A stretch of 32,000 nucleotides of DNA from positions 7,613-39,612 of the forward strand of contig CAYRPF010000022.1 in the NCBI GenBank assembly GCA_964426185.1, given 5' to 3'. The position numbers and the translations under genes are program-made. Under the pieces are notes generated by a model, which had not been told where the DNA came from, did no database searches, and saw only the letters and a program-made list of their open reading frames with translations. The stretch comes from an uncultured archaeon. Its GTDB lineage: Archaea > Asgardarchaeota > Lokiarchaeia > Sigyniarchaeales > Promethearchaeaceae. Each line of letters begins with the position of its first letter. The first letter of the stretch is position 1. Positions 1 through 8,883 of the stretch are shown piece after piece.

Positions 1-456
1 CGCACCGATTTGGATGATGTGCAATTTCAACTTTCTACCGCCCATGACATGAACAATTATGATGAAGTTGGCTATGATATGTTGAAAACTCTCTGCGAAC
101 TCCGTTTAACCCTTGGAAATCCTCAAATTCAAAAAATGTTAAATGAATTAGATGTTGGATACGGTTCATTGCATAATGTTTATCAAGATTTCATTAAATC
201 TGAGGAATTGACGGAGAAATTACGTCCGTTAGAGGTAAGGGAGCGAGAGATTCGACAAGAATTTGGAGAAGTAAGTAAAACCAAGAAAACGAAGGAAAAT
301 GATGAATCATCGATGGATAAATTGTTGCTGGATGAATTACCTGATACACCTGATGGAGCTGCTTCAAGTCGACAATCAAGTGGGAAGAATTCCGATGATG
401 AATTGTTTGATTTAGAAAAAGAGTTGGCACGATTGCGCAAAAAGCGCCAAGGTTAA
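1..456 (+). CDS. ESCRT-III/Snf7-family-like protein, C-terminal part (5' end lies outside the window)
   Basis: Frame is open from base 1 (RTDLDDVQFQLSTAHDM...). Helical segment ...GNPQIQKMLNEL resembles Vps2/CHMP2 ...KLPQIQKIMMEF. The acidic low-complexity tail has LDELPDTP (MIM2-like) and terminal DLEKELARLRKK (MIM1-like). Confidence 0.6.
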   Translation, partial: RTDLDDVQFQLSTAHDMNNYDEVGYDMLKTLCELRLTLGNPQIQKMLNELDVGYGSLHNVYQDFIKSEELTEKLRPLEVREREIRQEFGEVSKTKKTKENDESSMDKLLLDELPDTPDGAASSRQSSGKNSDDELFDLEKELARLRKKRQG

Positions 457-493
457 GGAATATTCAATGAAATCTTGAGGAACGAATCACATT

Positions 494-1534
494 ATGAATT
501 ACTCTATGAATCGGAAATATTACATTGGGGTCGACATCGGAGGAACAAATGTTCGTACTGTTTTTGCGACCGATTCTGAATATTTGTTAAAAATAGTCCA
601 ACCCACAAGAAAAACTGGACCGGATACCACATTGGTTTCTCAAGTCATCCAAATGATTGAATCAGGGCTCTCAACTCTAAATATTCATAAGGGCGAGATC
701 TATGGAATTGGAACCAGTTCAGCTGGACCATTTGTAGATGGCGGGACAAAGATTTGGACGCCAAATATATCGGGCGTGGGCAATGATTGGAAGGGTGTTC
801 CATATATTAAACCTTTGAGAGAATATTTTGGTCCAAATTGTATACTGGGCTTGGCAAATGATTGCGTTAGCTCTGTAAAAGCAGAACAATTATTTGGAGC
901 AGGTCAAGGATATTCAAATTTAGTATATGTGACCATCAGCACCGGAGTGGGAGGCGGAATTATTGTCAATAATCACTTACTTAAAGGAAAATCCAAAAAT
1001 GCTGGTCATGTGGGGCATCTGATCGTGAAAAAAGATGGACCATTATGCGGTTGTGGGCAGCATGGATGCATTGAAAGTATAGCTTCCGGTAGAGCGATTG
1101 TACGCCGTGCAAAAGAACAAGGTATAAAGTTAGAAAATGGAAAAGGTTTAACCACAAAAGATGTTTTTGACCTATATCATCAAGGAAATGCCAAAGCTCA
1201 AGAATTAATTCATGAAACAATTGAATATTTAGGCATTATGTTCAGTGATATTATCTCTATTGCAGATCCTGAGATTATCATCATTGGTGGTAGTGTTTTT
1301 ATCTATAATCAAGACCTTCTCTTGCCGAAAATTATCAGTTATGTCAAAGATAACTCTTTTGCTCAAATATCCAAAGGAGTAAAATTTGTCCCCAGCCAGT
1401 TAAAAGAATTTGTGGGGGATTTAGCAGGATTATCCCTGATTTTTCCATCCGAAGTTATCTCAAAGTGGCAGCAATTGCAACCTTGGCGTAAAAAAATCAA
1501 GATCAAGGATCAAGTCGTTGATAAAGTGAATTAA
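494..1534 (+). CDS. ROK family sugar kinase (glucokinase-like)
   Basis: N-terminal IGVDIGGT ATP-binding motif, STGVGGGII, GHVGH, and CGCGQHGCIE zinc motif; no HTH. Confidence 0.92.
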   Translation: MNYSMNRKYYIGVDIGGTNVRTVFATDSEYLLKIVQPTRKTGPDTTLVSQVIQMIESGLSTLNIHKGEIYGIGTSSAGPFVDGGTKIWTPNISGVGNDWKGVPYIKPLREYFGPNCILGLANDCVSSVKAEQLFGAGQGYSNLVYVTISTGVGGGIIVNNHLLKGKSKNAGHVGHLIVKKDGPLCGCGQHGCIESIASGRAIVRRAKEQGIKLENGKGLTTKDVFDLYHQGNAKAQELIHETIEYLGIMFSDIISIADPEIIIIGGSVFIYNQDLLLPKIISYVKDNSFAQISKGVKFVPSQLKEFVGDLAGLSLIFPSEVISKWQQLQPWRKKIKIKDQVVDKVN

Positions 1535-4500
1535 TTTTTGGGATTATTTGAAGTGTTTTTTTTATTGCAGTAATCATCTTGAGCAAATATGTGAGTTCTT
1601 CAAAGGAGAGAGGTCTTCTGATTGTATTCCATTTTCGTTCTTTAGAATAAATTCTGCTATTAAGAAATTGAGGTATTTGCGTAATACCACCGAGGGAAAA
1701 CTTCCAAACATCGAGCGAAATTGGGCGAATCCATGGAATTTTGTTTTTACTTAAGTAAAGTGTTTCAGAGATTGAGTCATAATAATAATCCCTTATGATC
1801 CATTCATCTGCTCCAATATCTGCTGTTTCCAATCTAGGATCAATATCTAATTGAAGTAGGTGAATTTCAGTAAGGTTTTGGCCCAATTTACTTAGATCGT
1901 AAAAGATCTCTCCATCAGCTGGTAAGGGGATTCGGGGAAAGTCTTTTCGTAAAAATTCATCATATCGAGTCCGATAATGTGGGCAATGCAGAACTGCGTA
2001 TATATAATAAAACATCTGCTTATCTGTAACCGAATAGGGAAGATCTGGTAAAATCATATTTGATTTTCCCTTAAATGATAGCAAAAATGCATAAGCGGTA
2101 TCGGTAACACTCATATAGCATTTTTCTATTAGTTTGTCTGCAATCCAAGCAGTGCAGAAATTTTTCTTGCGGGAAGATTTTGTGACAGTTAGAGCTGGGT
2201 TGTCTGCAGTAATCATATCAATATATCCCATGCGATGCCCTTCCAAGATATGACGATCATACACGATATATCGATAATCCCATCCTCGGTAAAGTATTGG
2301 CTTGATTTTTTGCATGCACTCCGAAAAACTCGTCTTGGAATAAACTTTAGCGCGATTCCATGATTTAGTATCATTATAGCGAATTTGCCACTTGTCCAGT
2401 AATGAAAATTTCTTGTGAAAAAAGGCTTCCATATTCTTTTCTAAATTCTGAGGGTCACAATCGATTACCAAGCGATCTTTTCCAGCCATTATACCGCTTA
2501 TAGGACGTTTTCTAAAGAATTTGTTTAATGGGACAAAACTTTGATAGTGAGTTAAAAAGGTGGTATCGATATCCACAAAAAAGGATTTGGGTGTAGGTGG
2601 TAGCAGTTTGAATCTCTTTTCATCGAAACCTTGGGCTAATATTTCGAATTTTGATTCTTTTGTAGGATTGGGTACATCCATATAATGTATAGCAGCATTT
2701 TTTGGTGAGCAATTATCTATTCGGATCATAAATGCAATGCATACCCCAACCTTGATGTTGAACGGATTTCCGGATTCTTTTTTCCGATAATCTCCGTGTA
2801 AATTGACGATATATATGTGATCAAAGGTTTTTTGCAGCGATTTTCTCATTACGGAAAACATCTGTCCGTCTAAATATTTATTGTTAGTAATAAAAGCTAC
2901 GATACCCTTACCAACTTGCTCAATTTTCCATTGGGCAAATCGGATGAATTTTACATAATCATCTGATAATATTTTTTTATTTCGTTCTTGTAAATCTTGT
3001 TTGTAGTCTTGAATTTTTTCATTTATCCATTTGCAATCATTTTGACTGCTGAGATTATAGGGAGGATTGCCCATGATGACAAAAATATCCTCTTTATCTC
3101 TAATTCGTAATGCTTCTTTTATTTCCTTCCCAATTTCTGTATTATGAAACATCCATTCATCTAGTGTCTTATCCTTTGGAGGACTCATCAATGTATTCAT
3201 TAAGTAGGATTTTAAGGGATAATCTACAGCTTTCAAAGGCAATCCTAAATTATCTAAGGTCAGAAAGGTGCGTATATGACCTAATACATAAGGTGCCATG
3301 AGAATTTCAAAGGAATAAACGTTACCAAAGAATTCTGAAATCACCCAATCTTTAAACTCAGCGTGGGCTAATCCTGGCTGTTTTTCGTATTTCTTTTCCA
3401 TAAGTTCTTTAGCAATATGAAGTAAACCTGAAGCAAATGCCATTGTCCCGGCAGCAGGATCCAAAATTCTCAAACATTGTATGGGAATTTGAAGCGGACG
3501 GCTTGTTTGCAATTTTTGCTGAATAAACTTTGAAGCCGGAATGTTTAAGAGATTTTTTGAAGATAATTCTTTCTTAACTGTTCGAGAAAGAATTCCATCC
3601 CGCTTATTAAACCATCTTTTCAGAAAGAAATCGATTCCCTTAATGATAAATTCCACAACTTCATAAGGAGTATAAATCACTCCCCGCTCTTTGGCAGTTT
3701 TTGGGTCGTATAGATTTAGAAAGTCGCTGTAAAATGTGGTGATTAAAGTTTCTGAATTACTGATTATGGGTTTAAACTGTGTTTTCTGGAACCTGACTTC
3801 CATTTCTTGGAATAATGGTTTAAATTCCAAAGGGGTTTGATTTTTCAAGTTTAGAAAAAGATTGCGGAGAAAGCTTCCAAAAGGTAGATAATCACCAACT
3901 GTATATAGTGAAAATTTAGATGATTTATCTGGATTTTGCTGATGATACTTAATCCAAGCAGAGAATGCACCATAAACTAATGTTTGGGCAAATAAATCTG
4001 CAAACATATCTATCTTAGGGCTTTTTTCTTCTTTGAAAATTGATTTGGCAAAGTCTTCTTTTATTTGGATTAGATATTGAGCTGCCTTTTTTTGAGAAGA
4101 TGACATCTCTTCCCCATTTAAAAATGCCATTAATATTTTTTTTGTTTTTTCCTTTATTTTAATCGCAATGCTGGCTAAAGGATGTATAAGTTTTTTTACA
4201 TTAGAAATGTTCTGAAGGTGTTCCGAACAAGTGGCTGTCAGCAGCTGTTGTAAGTTGGAAGAAGCGTTTTTAGCTGGAATAAGTGTTTTTTTTGCATTTA
4301 TTTTCAACAATTGACAGGAAAATTGGAATTCTATTTTTTTAGTAGTAGTTGGTTGCTGTTCTTGAATGGAGTTTTTTGGTTTCACCAACCAGAGATTTAG
4401 AAAATCTGTGATTAATACTTGAGCGCCCTCCTTCTGATATCGCTCAATTTGATTGAATAATCTGGATCCTGGTTTATATTCAATAATTTCCTTCACCGGA

Positions 4501-4766
4501 GTAAAAGGTTTCTTTGCTTCTATATGAAAGAGAACCATCCCATTAAATGTCACTGTCATATCGGGTTTATTGCGCGAACCTGAAATTTTATATCCACTTT
4601 GTATGAGATAACCTCTTGAAGGTGGAAAGATGGTTTCTAAGAATTGTTTGAACTCATCGTAATAGGTGATCTCTGTGGCTGTTCCGCTTTCTAAATGAAG
4701 CGCAGTTTTATGTGCATATTCTTGAAATGACTTCGGGGACACAAGGATAATATCTGGGATTTCCAT
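1503..4766 (-). CDS. Single-chain restriction-modification enzyme: PD-(D/E)XK nuclease + N6-adenine methyltransferase + Type ISP-like C-terminal specificity domain, no helicase
   Basis: KPDM...HIEAKKP nuclease motif; IYTPYEVV; motif I ILDPAAGT; motif IV GNPPY; DDYVKFIRFA; C-terminal YRTRYDEFLRKDFPRIP. ATG at 4766 preferred over TTG at 4778. Confidence 0.85.
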   Translation of the reverse strand: MEIPDIILVSPKSFQEYAHKTALHLESGTATEITYYDEFKQFLETIFPPSRGYLIQSGYKISGSRNKPDMTVTFNGMVLFHIEAKKPFTPVKEIIEYKPGSRLFNQIERYQKEGAQVLITDFLNLWLVKPKNSIQEQQPTTTKKIEFQFSCQLLKINAKKTLIPAKNASSNLQQLLTATCSEHLQNISNVKKLIHPLASIAIKIKEKTKKILMAFLNGEEMSSSQKKAAQYLIQIKEDFAKSIFKEEKSPKIDMFADLFAQTLVYGAFSAWIKYHQQNPDKSSKFSLYTVGDYLPFGSFLRNLFLNLKNQTPLEFKPLFQEMEVRFQKTQFKPIISNSETLITTFYSDFLNLYDPKTAKERGVIYTPYEVVEFIIKGIDFFLKRWFNKRDGILSRTVKKELSSKNLLNIPASKFIQQKLQTSRPLQIPIQCLRILDPAAGTMAFASGLLHIAKELMEKKYEKQPGLAHAEFKDWVISEFFGNVYSFEILMAPYVLGHIRTFLTLDNLGLPLKAVDYPLKSYLMNTLMSPPKDKTLDEWMFHNTEIGKEIKEALRIRDKEDIFVIMGNPPYNLSSQNDCKWINEKIQDYKQDLQERNKKILSDDYVKFIRFAQWKIEQVGKGIVAFITNNKYLDGQMFSVMRKSLQKTFDHIYIVNLHGDYRKKESGNPFNIKVGVCIAFMIRIDNCSPKNAAIHYMDVPNPTKESKFEILAQGFDEKRFKLLPPTPKSFFVDIDTTFLTHYQSFVPLNKFFRKRPISGIMAGKDRLVIDCDPQNLEKNMEAFFHKKFSLLDKWQIRYNDTKSWNRAKVYSKTSFSECMQKIKPILYRGWDYRYIVYDRHILEGHRMGYIDMITADNPALTVTKSSRKKNFCTAWIADKLIEKCYMSVTDTAYAFLLSFKGKSNMILPDLPYSVTDKQMFYYIYAVLHCPHYRTRYDEFLRKDFPRIPLPADGEIFYDLSKLGQNLTEIHLLQLDIDPRLETADIGADEWIIRDYYYDSISETLYLSKNKIPWIRPISLDVWKFSLGGITQIPQFLNSRIYSKERKWNTIRRPLSFEELTYLLKMITAIKKTLQIIPKINSLYQRLDP

Positions 4767-4875
4767 GAATATAGTCAAGTTAAATTAAATCTCATGGATT
4801 TTATTAAGGCAATAAGATCCAAATAACATTCATCCATAAAAATTACTACATTTTGCTCTCAAAAATTGAGATATA

Positions 4876-5019
4876 TTACCGAATAAATCCGAAAAATATC
4901 CATAAACCAACCAATAAAATTGTAATTAATAACCAAAGCCAGAATTTTCGATTGTTTTTTCTTTTAAACCGTTCATAACGAGCCAATTTTTCCTCATCGG
5001 TCAAATTTTCATTTTCCAT
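4876..5019 (-). CDS. Small (47 aa) tail-anchored membrane protein, not in the ORF track
   Basis: Hand translation: MENENLTDEEKLARYERFKRKNNRKFWLWLLITILLVGLWIFFGFIR*. Acidic helix, basic patch and a 21-residue C-terminal hydrophobic helix; fills the gap between co-oriented genes. Confidence 0.7.
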   Translation of the reverse strand: MENENLTDEEKLARYERFKRKNNRKFWLWLLITILLVGLWIFFGFIR

Positions 5020-5096
5020 TTGTAAACATAACACATTTTCATTCTAAAATATTGCTCTGAATAGAATTCGAATTCAAAAAGTGATTGTTTTATCTA

Positions 5097-5828
5097 CTAG
5101 GATTTTTTTGATTTGTTCGTTCTGAATTCGAATAGCGTTTTTAGCGGGAATACCATGTTGAAAGCGAGGTAAGGATGAATTAATTGCGTGCTTTTTGATT
5201 GTTCTTTATCAATGTAAGCTAATGTTTTCCGCATTAATTCTTGATAATCTTGTAAATATCGTTGAAAAGCTGCTTCAGAAAGCGGGATTAAATCTCGAGG
5301 AACTTGATGAGATTGGTGAAAATTTAGGGCTTCCACTTCGGATTGAATTCTTTGCTGATTTTTAGCATAAAACTCTCCTAATCGGTGTAAAAATTCCCTA
5401 ATCGTTTCAAAAAGTAAAATATTATACTTAAATACCGTGCGAGAATAGTCCAAAATTTCCGAAGGTGATGCTGTATCGAGTTTTTCAAACGGTTCATACA
5501 ATTTTTTATGAAAATCGGGGTGCAGTATAAAATATTTAATAGGTTTAATTGAATGAGCTTCTTTTTCATTTAATTCAAGAATTAAACCATGTTCTCGCAG
5601 CATTTTCATGTGATAAATGATGGTATTTTTTGATTTTTGCATTAATTCACTTATTCTTGTCAAGCTTAATTTCCGGTAAATGAAAAGGAGTAACAGTGCT
5701 TCTAATCTGGATTTGCTATTTAAAGTTTTAACTATTCCGAATTTTTCAGTTAAAGGGGAGGTTTTTTTGTTTTCTTTTATCGTCAATTTGGAAGATTTTG
5801 AAAGAGAATTTTGCGATTTTGATGGCAT
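5097..5828 (-). CDS. Winged helix-turn-helix (ArsR-like) transcriptional regulator
   Basis: SRLEALLLL...LSLTRISELMQKSKNTIIYHMKMLREHGLI...KYFIL wHTH pattern followed by a helical C-terminal domain. Confidence 0.85.
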   Translation of the reverse strand: MPSKSQNSLSKSSKLTIKENKKTSPLTEKFGIVKTLNSKSRLEALLLLFIYRKLSLTRISELMQKSKNTIIYHMKMLREHGLILELNEKEAHSIKPIKYFILHPDFHKKLYEPFEKLDTASPSEILDYSRTVFKYNILLFETIREFLHRLGEFYAKNQQRIQSEVEALNFHQSHQVPRDLIPLSEAAFQRYLQDYQELMRKTLAYIDKEQSKSTQLIHPYLAFNMVFPLKTLFEFRTNKSKKS

Positions 5829-5901
5829 TTTTTTACCTACTCTTGAATATGGGGCCTTCTTCTAAGAAAAATTAAAAAAAATTTACAAAAGAAAAATTAA
5901 G

Positions 5902-7539
5902 TTATGTTCGATATACAGGTTCTAAACCAGATTGAAAATGCCTTAAACTGAGTTCTCTCCCACGGGAAATACGAACCTTAGGAATAATATGCTTATTCTT
6001 GTATAATTCAGTTATTGCAGCTACTGTATAATCGATGTCTGCTTTGGTGTATGCATTTCTAGGAATTGCAAATCTGACAAAATTAAGAATTCCCTTTCGC
6101 TCTTCAGGACTACGTTGATCCCATTCAAAAGCAAATGGGCCTAATTCACAAGCGCGAATTCCGTAATGTCGTAATAATTCTATAGTAAATCCTACTCCTC
6201 CAAAATCTTCCGTGGTCAAATCCGTTCCTTCCAAAAATCTGTCCATATCAATGTAAACAGCATGACCACCCGGAGGTAGAATTACAGGAATGTCTCTTTT
6301 TCCTAATTCTGCAGCAAAATATTGAGTTAAGCCGATTCTTGCCTTTAAATATGATTCCTTCACCACTTCATATAATCCCATAGTCAAGGCCATGATATCT
6401 CGTCCGCTTAAAGCGCCGTAAGAATCATTTCCAATAGTAACAATTTGTTTTTCTTTAATTCTGATACCGACATTTTTGCCGTTAAGAGAATATTTCTGAA
6501 CAAATACGCCATTATCTCGTAAGAATAATGCGCCTCCCATATTGGCTAATCCATCTTTTTTCAGACTAATGGTGAAACCATCGGCATAAGAGAACATTTC
6601 CTGAACAATGGATTTGACTGATTTATCTCCATATCCATCTTCATATTGCTTAATGAAATATGCATTTTCAGCAAAACGGCAAGCATCAAAAAATAATGGA
6701 ATATTGTATTTATCTGCAATTGATTTAACTTCTTTAATATTTGCCATTGAAACGGGTTGCCCTGCCACAGAATTATTCGTTATTGTAAGATAAATTAAAG
6801 GAATCGAATCCGCTCCACGTTCTTGAATAATTGTCTCCAATTGGGCTACGTCCATATTCCCTTTGAAGGGATTGGAATTGGGGGTATCTTCAACTCGAAA
6901 TGGCTCTAAAACCACTTTCTTATCGAAAACATTAATGGGGTCGATGTTTACCGCCCGAATATTTGCTCCAGTTGTATCAAAATGTCCATTATTTGGGATA
7001 GCATAATGTTTAGAAGGATCAATTTCATGTAAGATTTCTGCTAAAGTGGAGAATAATAAGTGTTCTGCCACACGTCCTTGAGGACATATAAATGTGTTAG
7101 GGCGCATTAATTGATATTTTCCTCCATTGACAAATCCGCCTTCATAGCTCTTCAAATACAGTTCTTCCATTAGTAATTGTGTGGATTCTTCTCCCTTCAT
7201 AATCAAATCTAATGGTCTTAAAGGATGTTCTCCCCGCTCGAAAGTGTCTCGGAACGCTTCTAGCAGTACATAATAGCCCCGATTGCGACCGTAGGATTCG
7301 TCTCCGAGCATTAATGCTGCCCACTGCAAGTCCGTCATAGAGGTGGTTCCGCTATCGGAGAGATAATCCAGATATAAAAGATCTGCTGGGAATGAAAACA
7401 TATTATATTCGGTTTCCTTTAAAATCCGTTCCCGTTGTTCACGGGTGACTGTTTTATAATTACGGACAATATAGGCTTTATGAGATGGCAAAGGCGCGTC
7501 GAGTTCATCTTGAGATTTTAGTTGATTTGTTTTTGACAT
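5902..7539 (-). CDS. tnaA: Tryptophanase (PLP-dependent beta-eliminating lyase)
   Basis: DYLSDSGT, GDESY, QGRVAE, HFDTT, TITNNSVAGQPVSMANI, DACRFAENAYFIKQYE, PLP-lysine motif SLKKDG, GGHAVYID, VRFAIPR. C-terminal LRHF has the His seen in tryptophanase (tyrosine phenol-lyase has LRFF). Start taken as ATG 7539. Confidence 0.85.
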   Translation of the reverse strand: MSKTNQLKSQDELDAPLPSHKAYIVRNYKTVTREQRERILKETEYNMFSFPADLLYLDYLSDSGTTSMTDLQWAALMLGDESYGRNRGYYVLLEAFRDTFERGEHPLRPLDLIMKGEESTQLLMEELYLKSYEGGFVNGGKYQLMRPNTFICPQGRVAEHLLFSTLAEILHEIDPSKHYAIPNNGHFDTTGANIRAVNIDPINVFDKKVVLEPFRVEDTPNSNPFKGNMDVAQLETIIQERGADSIPLIYLTITNNSVAGQPVSMANIKEVKSIADKYNIPLFFDACRFAENAYFIKQYEDGYGDKSVKSIVQEMFSYADGFTISLKKDGLANMGGALFLRDNGVFVQKYSLNGKNVGIRIKEKQIVTIGNDSYGALSGRDIMALTMGLYEVVKESYLKARIGLTQYFAAELGKRDIPVILPPGGHAVYIDMDRFLEGTDLTTEDFGGVGFTIELLRHYGIRACELGPFAFEWDQRSPEERKGILNFVRFAIPRNAYTKADIDYTVAAITELYKNKHIIPKVRISRGRELSLRHFQSGLEPVYRT

Positions 7540-7596
7540 GATATCTTCACGCTGGTCTTTGTTTTTAAGATAAAAAACGAGAAAATGAGTTATGTT

Positions 7597-7655
7597 AGTT
7601 CTTATAAAAAAAGTTCTATAATTAAGCATATAACGAAAAGTATTTAACTATTCGC
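7597..7655 (-). promoter_or_regulatory. Putative archaeal promoter of tnaA (TATA box TTAAATA at 7647-7641) with a downstream direct repeat
   Basis: Minus strand reads gcgaatagTTAAATActttt. Plus-strand repeats AGTTCTTATAA (7597-7607) and AGTTCTATAA (7612-7621) lie near the expected start site. Confidence 0.3.
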
Positions 7656-7894
7656 GAAAAATTTTGATATTTATCTCACATAGAAGGAAAACCGATATTT
7701 ATCCAATAAAAGGGCTAAATTAACGATAAAATGGGAAAATAATAATTAATTCGCTAGGTTTTATGAAATATCATAATACATTCAATTTTAGGTATTCGAT
7801 TGACTGAAAATATATGATTTAAAGAAGATGTATTTAATTTCAAATTTAATGGAGAAAATTAAATGTTTGGAATACTTGTGTACTGTGAAAAAAT

Positions 7895-8272
7895 ATGAAT
7901 TTCTGTATTCATGGATATCCGATTGAAAACTGCCCGCACTGCTTGAAAACTATGGGCATTAAACCACCTATACAATTAGTAAAACCAGCCCCTCGAGAGA
8001 TTCCAATGCCAATTTCCCACAAAGAAAAATTATTGAACTCAAATAAAATCACACCAACACCACTTTTTAAGGGATCTACATCAATTATGCGTGAAATTAA
8101 GCCCATTCCTCGACAATTTCACCTTGAATCTACACAGATCCATGAGAACGAATCTCTCTTTCTCCAACGGAAAAAATTACTGGAAGAAAAGTATAAAATT
8201 GGCTCCGAATCGGAAAATCTTTTTCAACCTGAACAATTAATTGATCTTAAGAAAAAATTTACATTAAATTAA
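7895..8272 (+). CDS. Hypothetical protein with an N-terminal Cys/His zinc-binding knuckle
   Basis: Begins MNFCIHGYPIENCPHC (CxH-x6-CxxC), then a Pro-rich region and a charged C-terminus. Confidence 0.65.
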   Translation: MNFCIHGYPIENCPHCLKTMGIKPPIQLVKPAPREIPMPISHKEKLLNSNKITPTPLFKGSTSIMREIKPIPRQFHLESTQIHENESLFLQRKKLLEEKYKIGSESENLFQPEQLIDLKKKFTLN

Positions 8273-8784
8273 ATTTTCCAGCTTGGGGGTGCAATAATTC
8301 CAATTTTCTTTCGCATCCCAGTTTTTATTATATGGTAAGGAAATTTCAATTTTCCAGCGATTTTTTGAATTAAAACAAGTTCACCGCCTCGGTTAGCATC
8401 ATCGAATATTAAAGGAACTTGTGTGTTAAATAATTCCAAATTATGTAAGAAGCCTTCTCGTCCTATTTTTTTTGGTGGGCCGTCAATTAAAATGAAATCA
8501 TAATGCTTTGGAATTTTTTTTTGTATCTTTTTGGTATCATACCAAGAATATTCTCCGTAATTTATAATAGGCGCATAAATGTAATTAGAAGGAGCTTTTC
8601 CTACCCATTCGGGATTATGTTCAATGGAATATACTGAATAATGTTTGGTAAACTCTTTGGTGGCATTACCTGAACCCAATTCTAACATTACATTTCCATC
8701 TGGAAAATGGGCAAGAATCCAATTAAAAGTTTCTCTTGAGATAGAGGCAAAGCCAAATCTTCCCAATTGTTTAAGACGTTCCAT
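8269..8784 (-). CDS. Class I SAM-dependent methyltransferase-like protein
   Basis: MLELGSGNAT (motif I), VYSIEHN, YDFILIDGPP, IFDD. Confidence 0.75.
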   Translation of the reverse strand: MERLKQLGRFGFASISRETFNWILAHFPDGNVMLELGSGNATKEFTKHYSVYSIEHNPEWVGKAPSNYIYAPIINYGEYSWYDTKKIQKKIPKHYDFILIDGPPKKIGREGFLHNLELFNTQVPLIFDDANRGGELVLIQKIAGKLKFPYHIIKTGMRKKIGIIAPPSWKI

Positions 8785-8883
8785 AAATAGATTTTTAACC
8801 CCCAAAATAAATATGTTATGGGTATATTAATGAAAATTAGAGAATAAAAAATGGATGTTGAAGATCTAACTTGTTATAGAATT

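Noticed and set aside
4876-5019. Calling the microprotein a SNARE
   Set aside because: Only ~25 soluble residues; a SNARE motif needs about 55-60.
7540-7629. TnaC-like leader peptide or N-terminal extension of tryptophanase
   Set aside because: The 30 in-frame codons contain no Trp, are AT-rich and overlap the likely promoter region.
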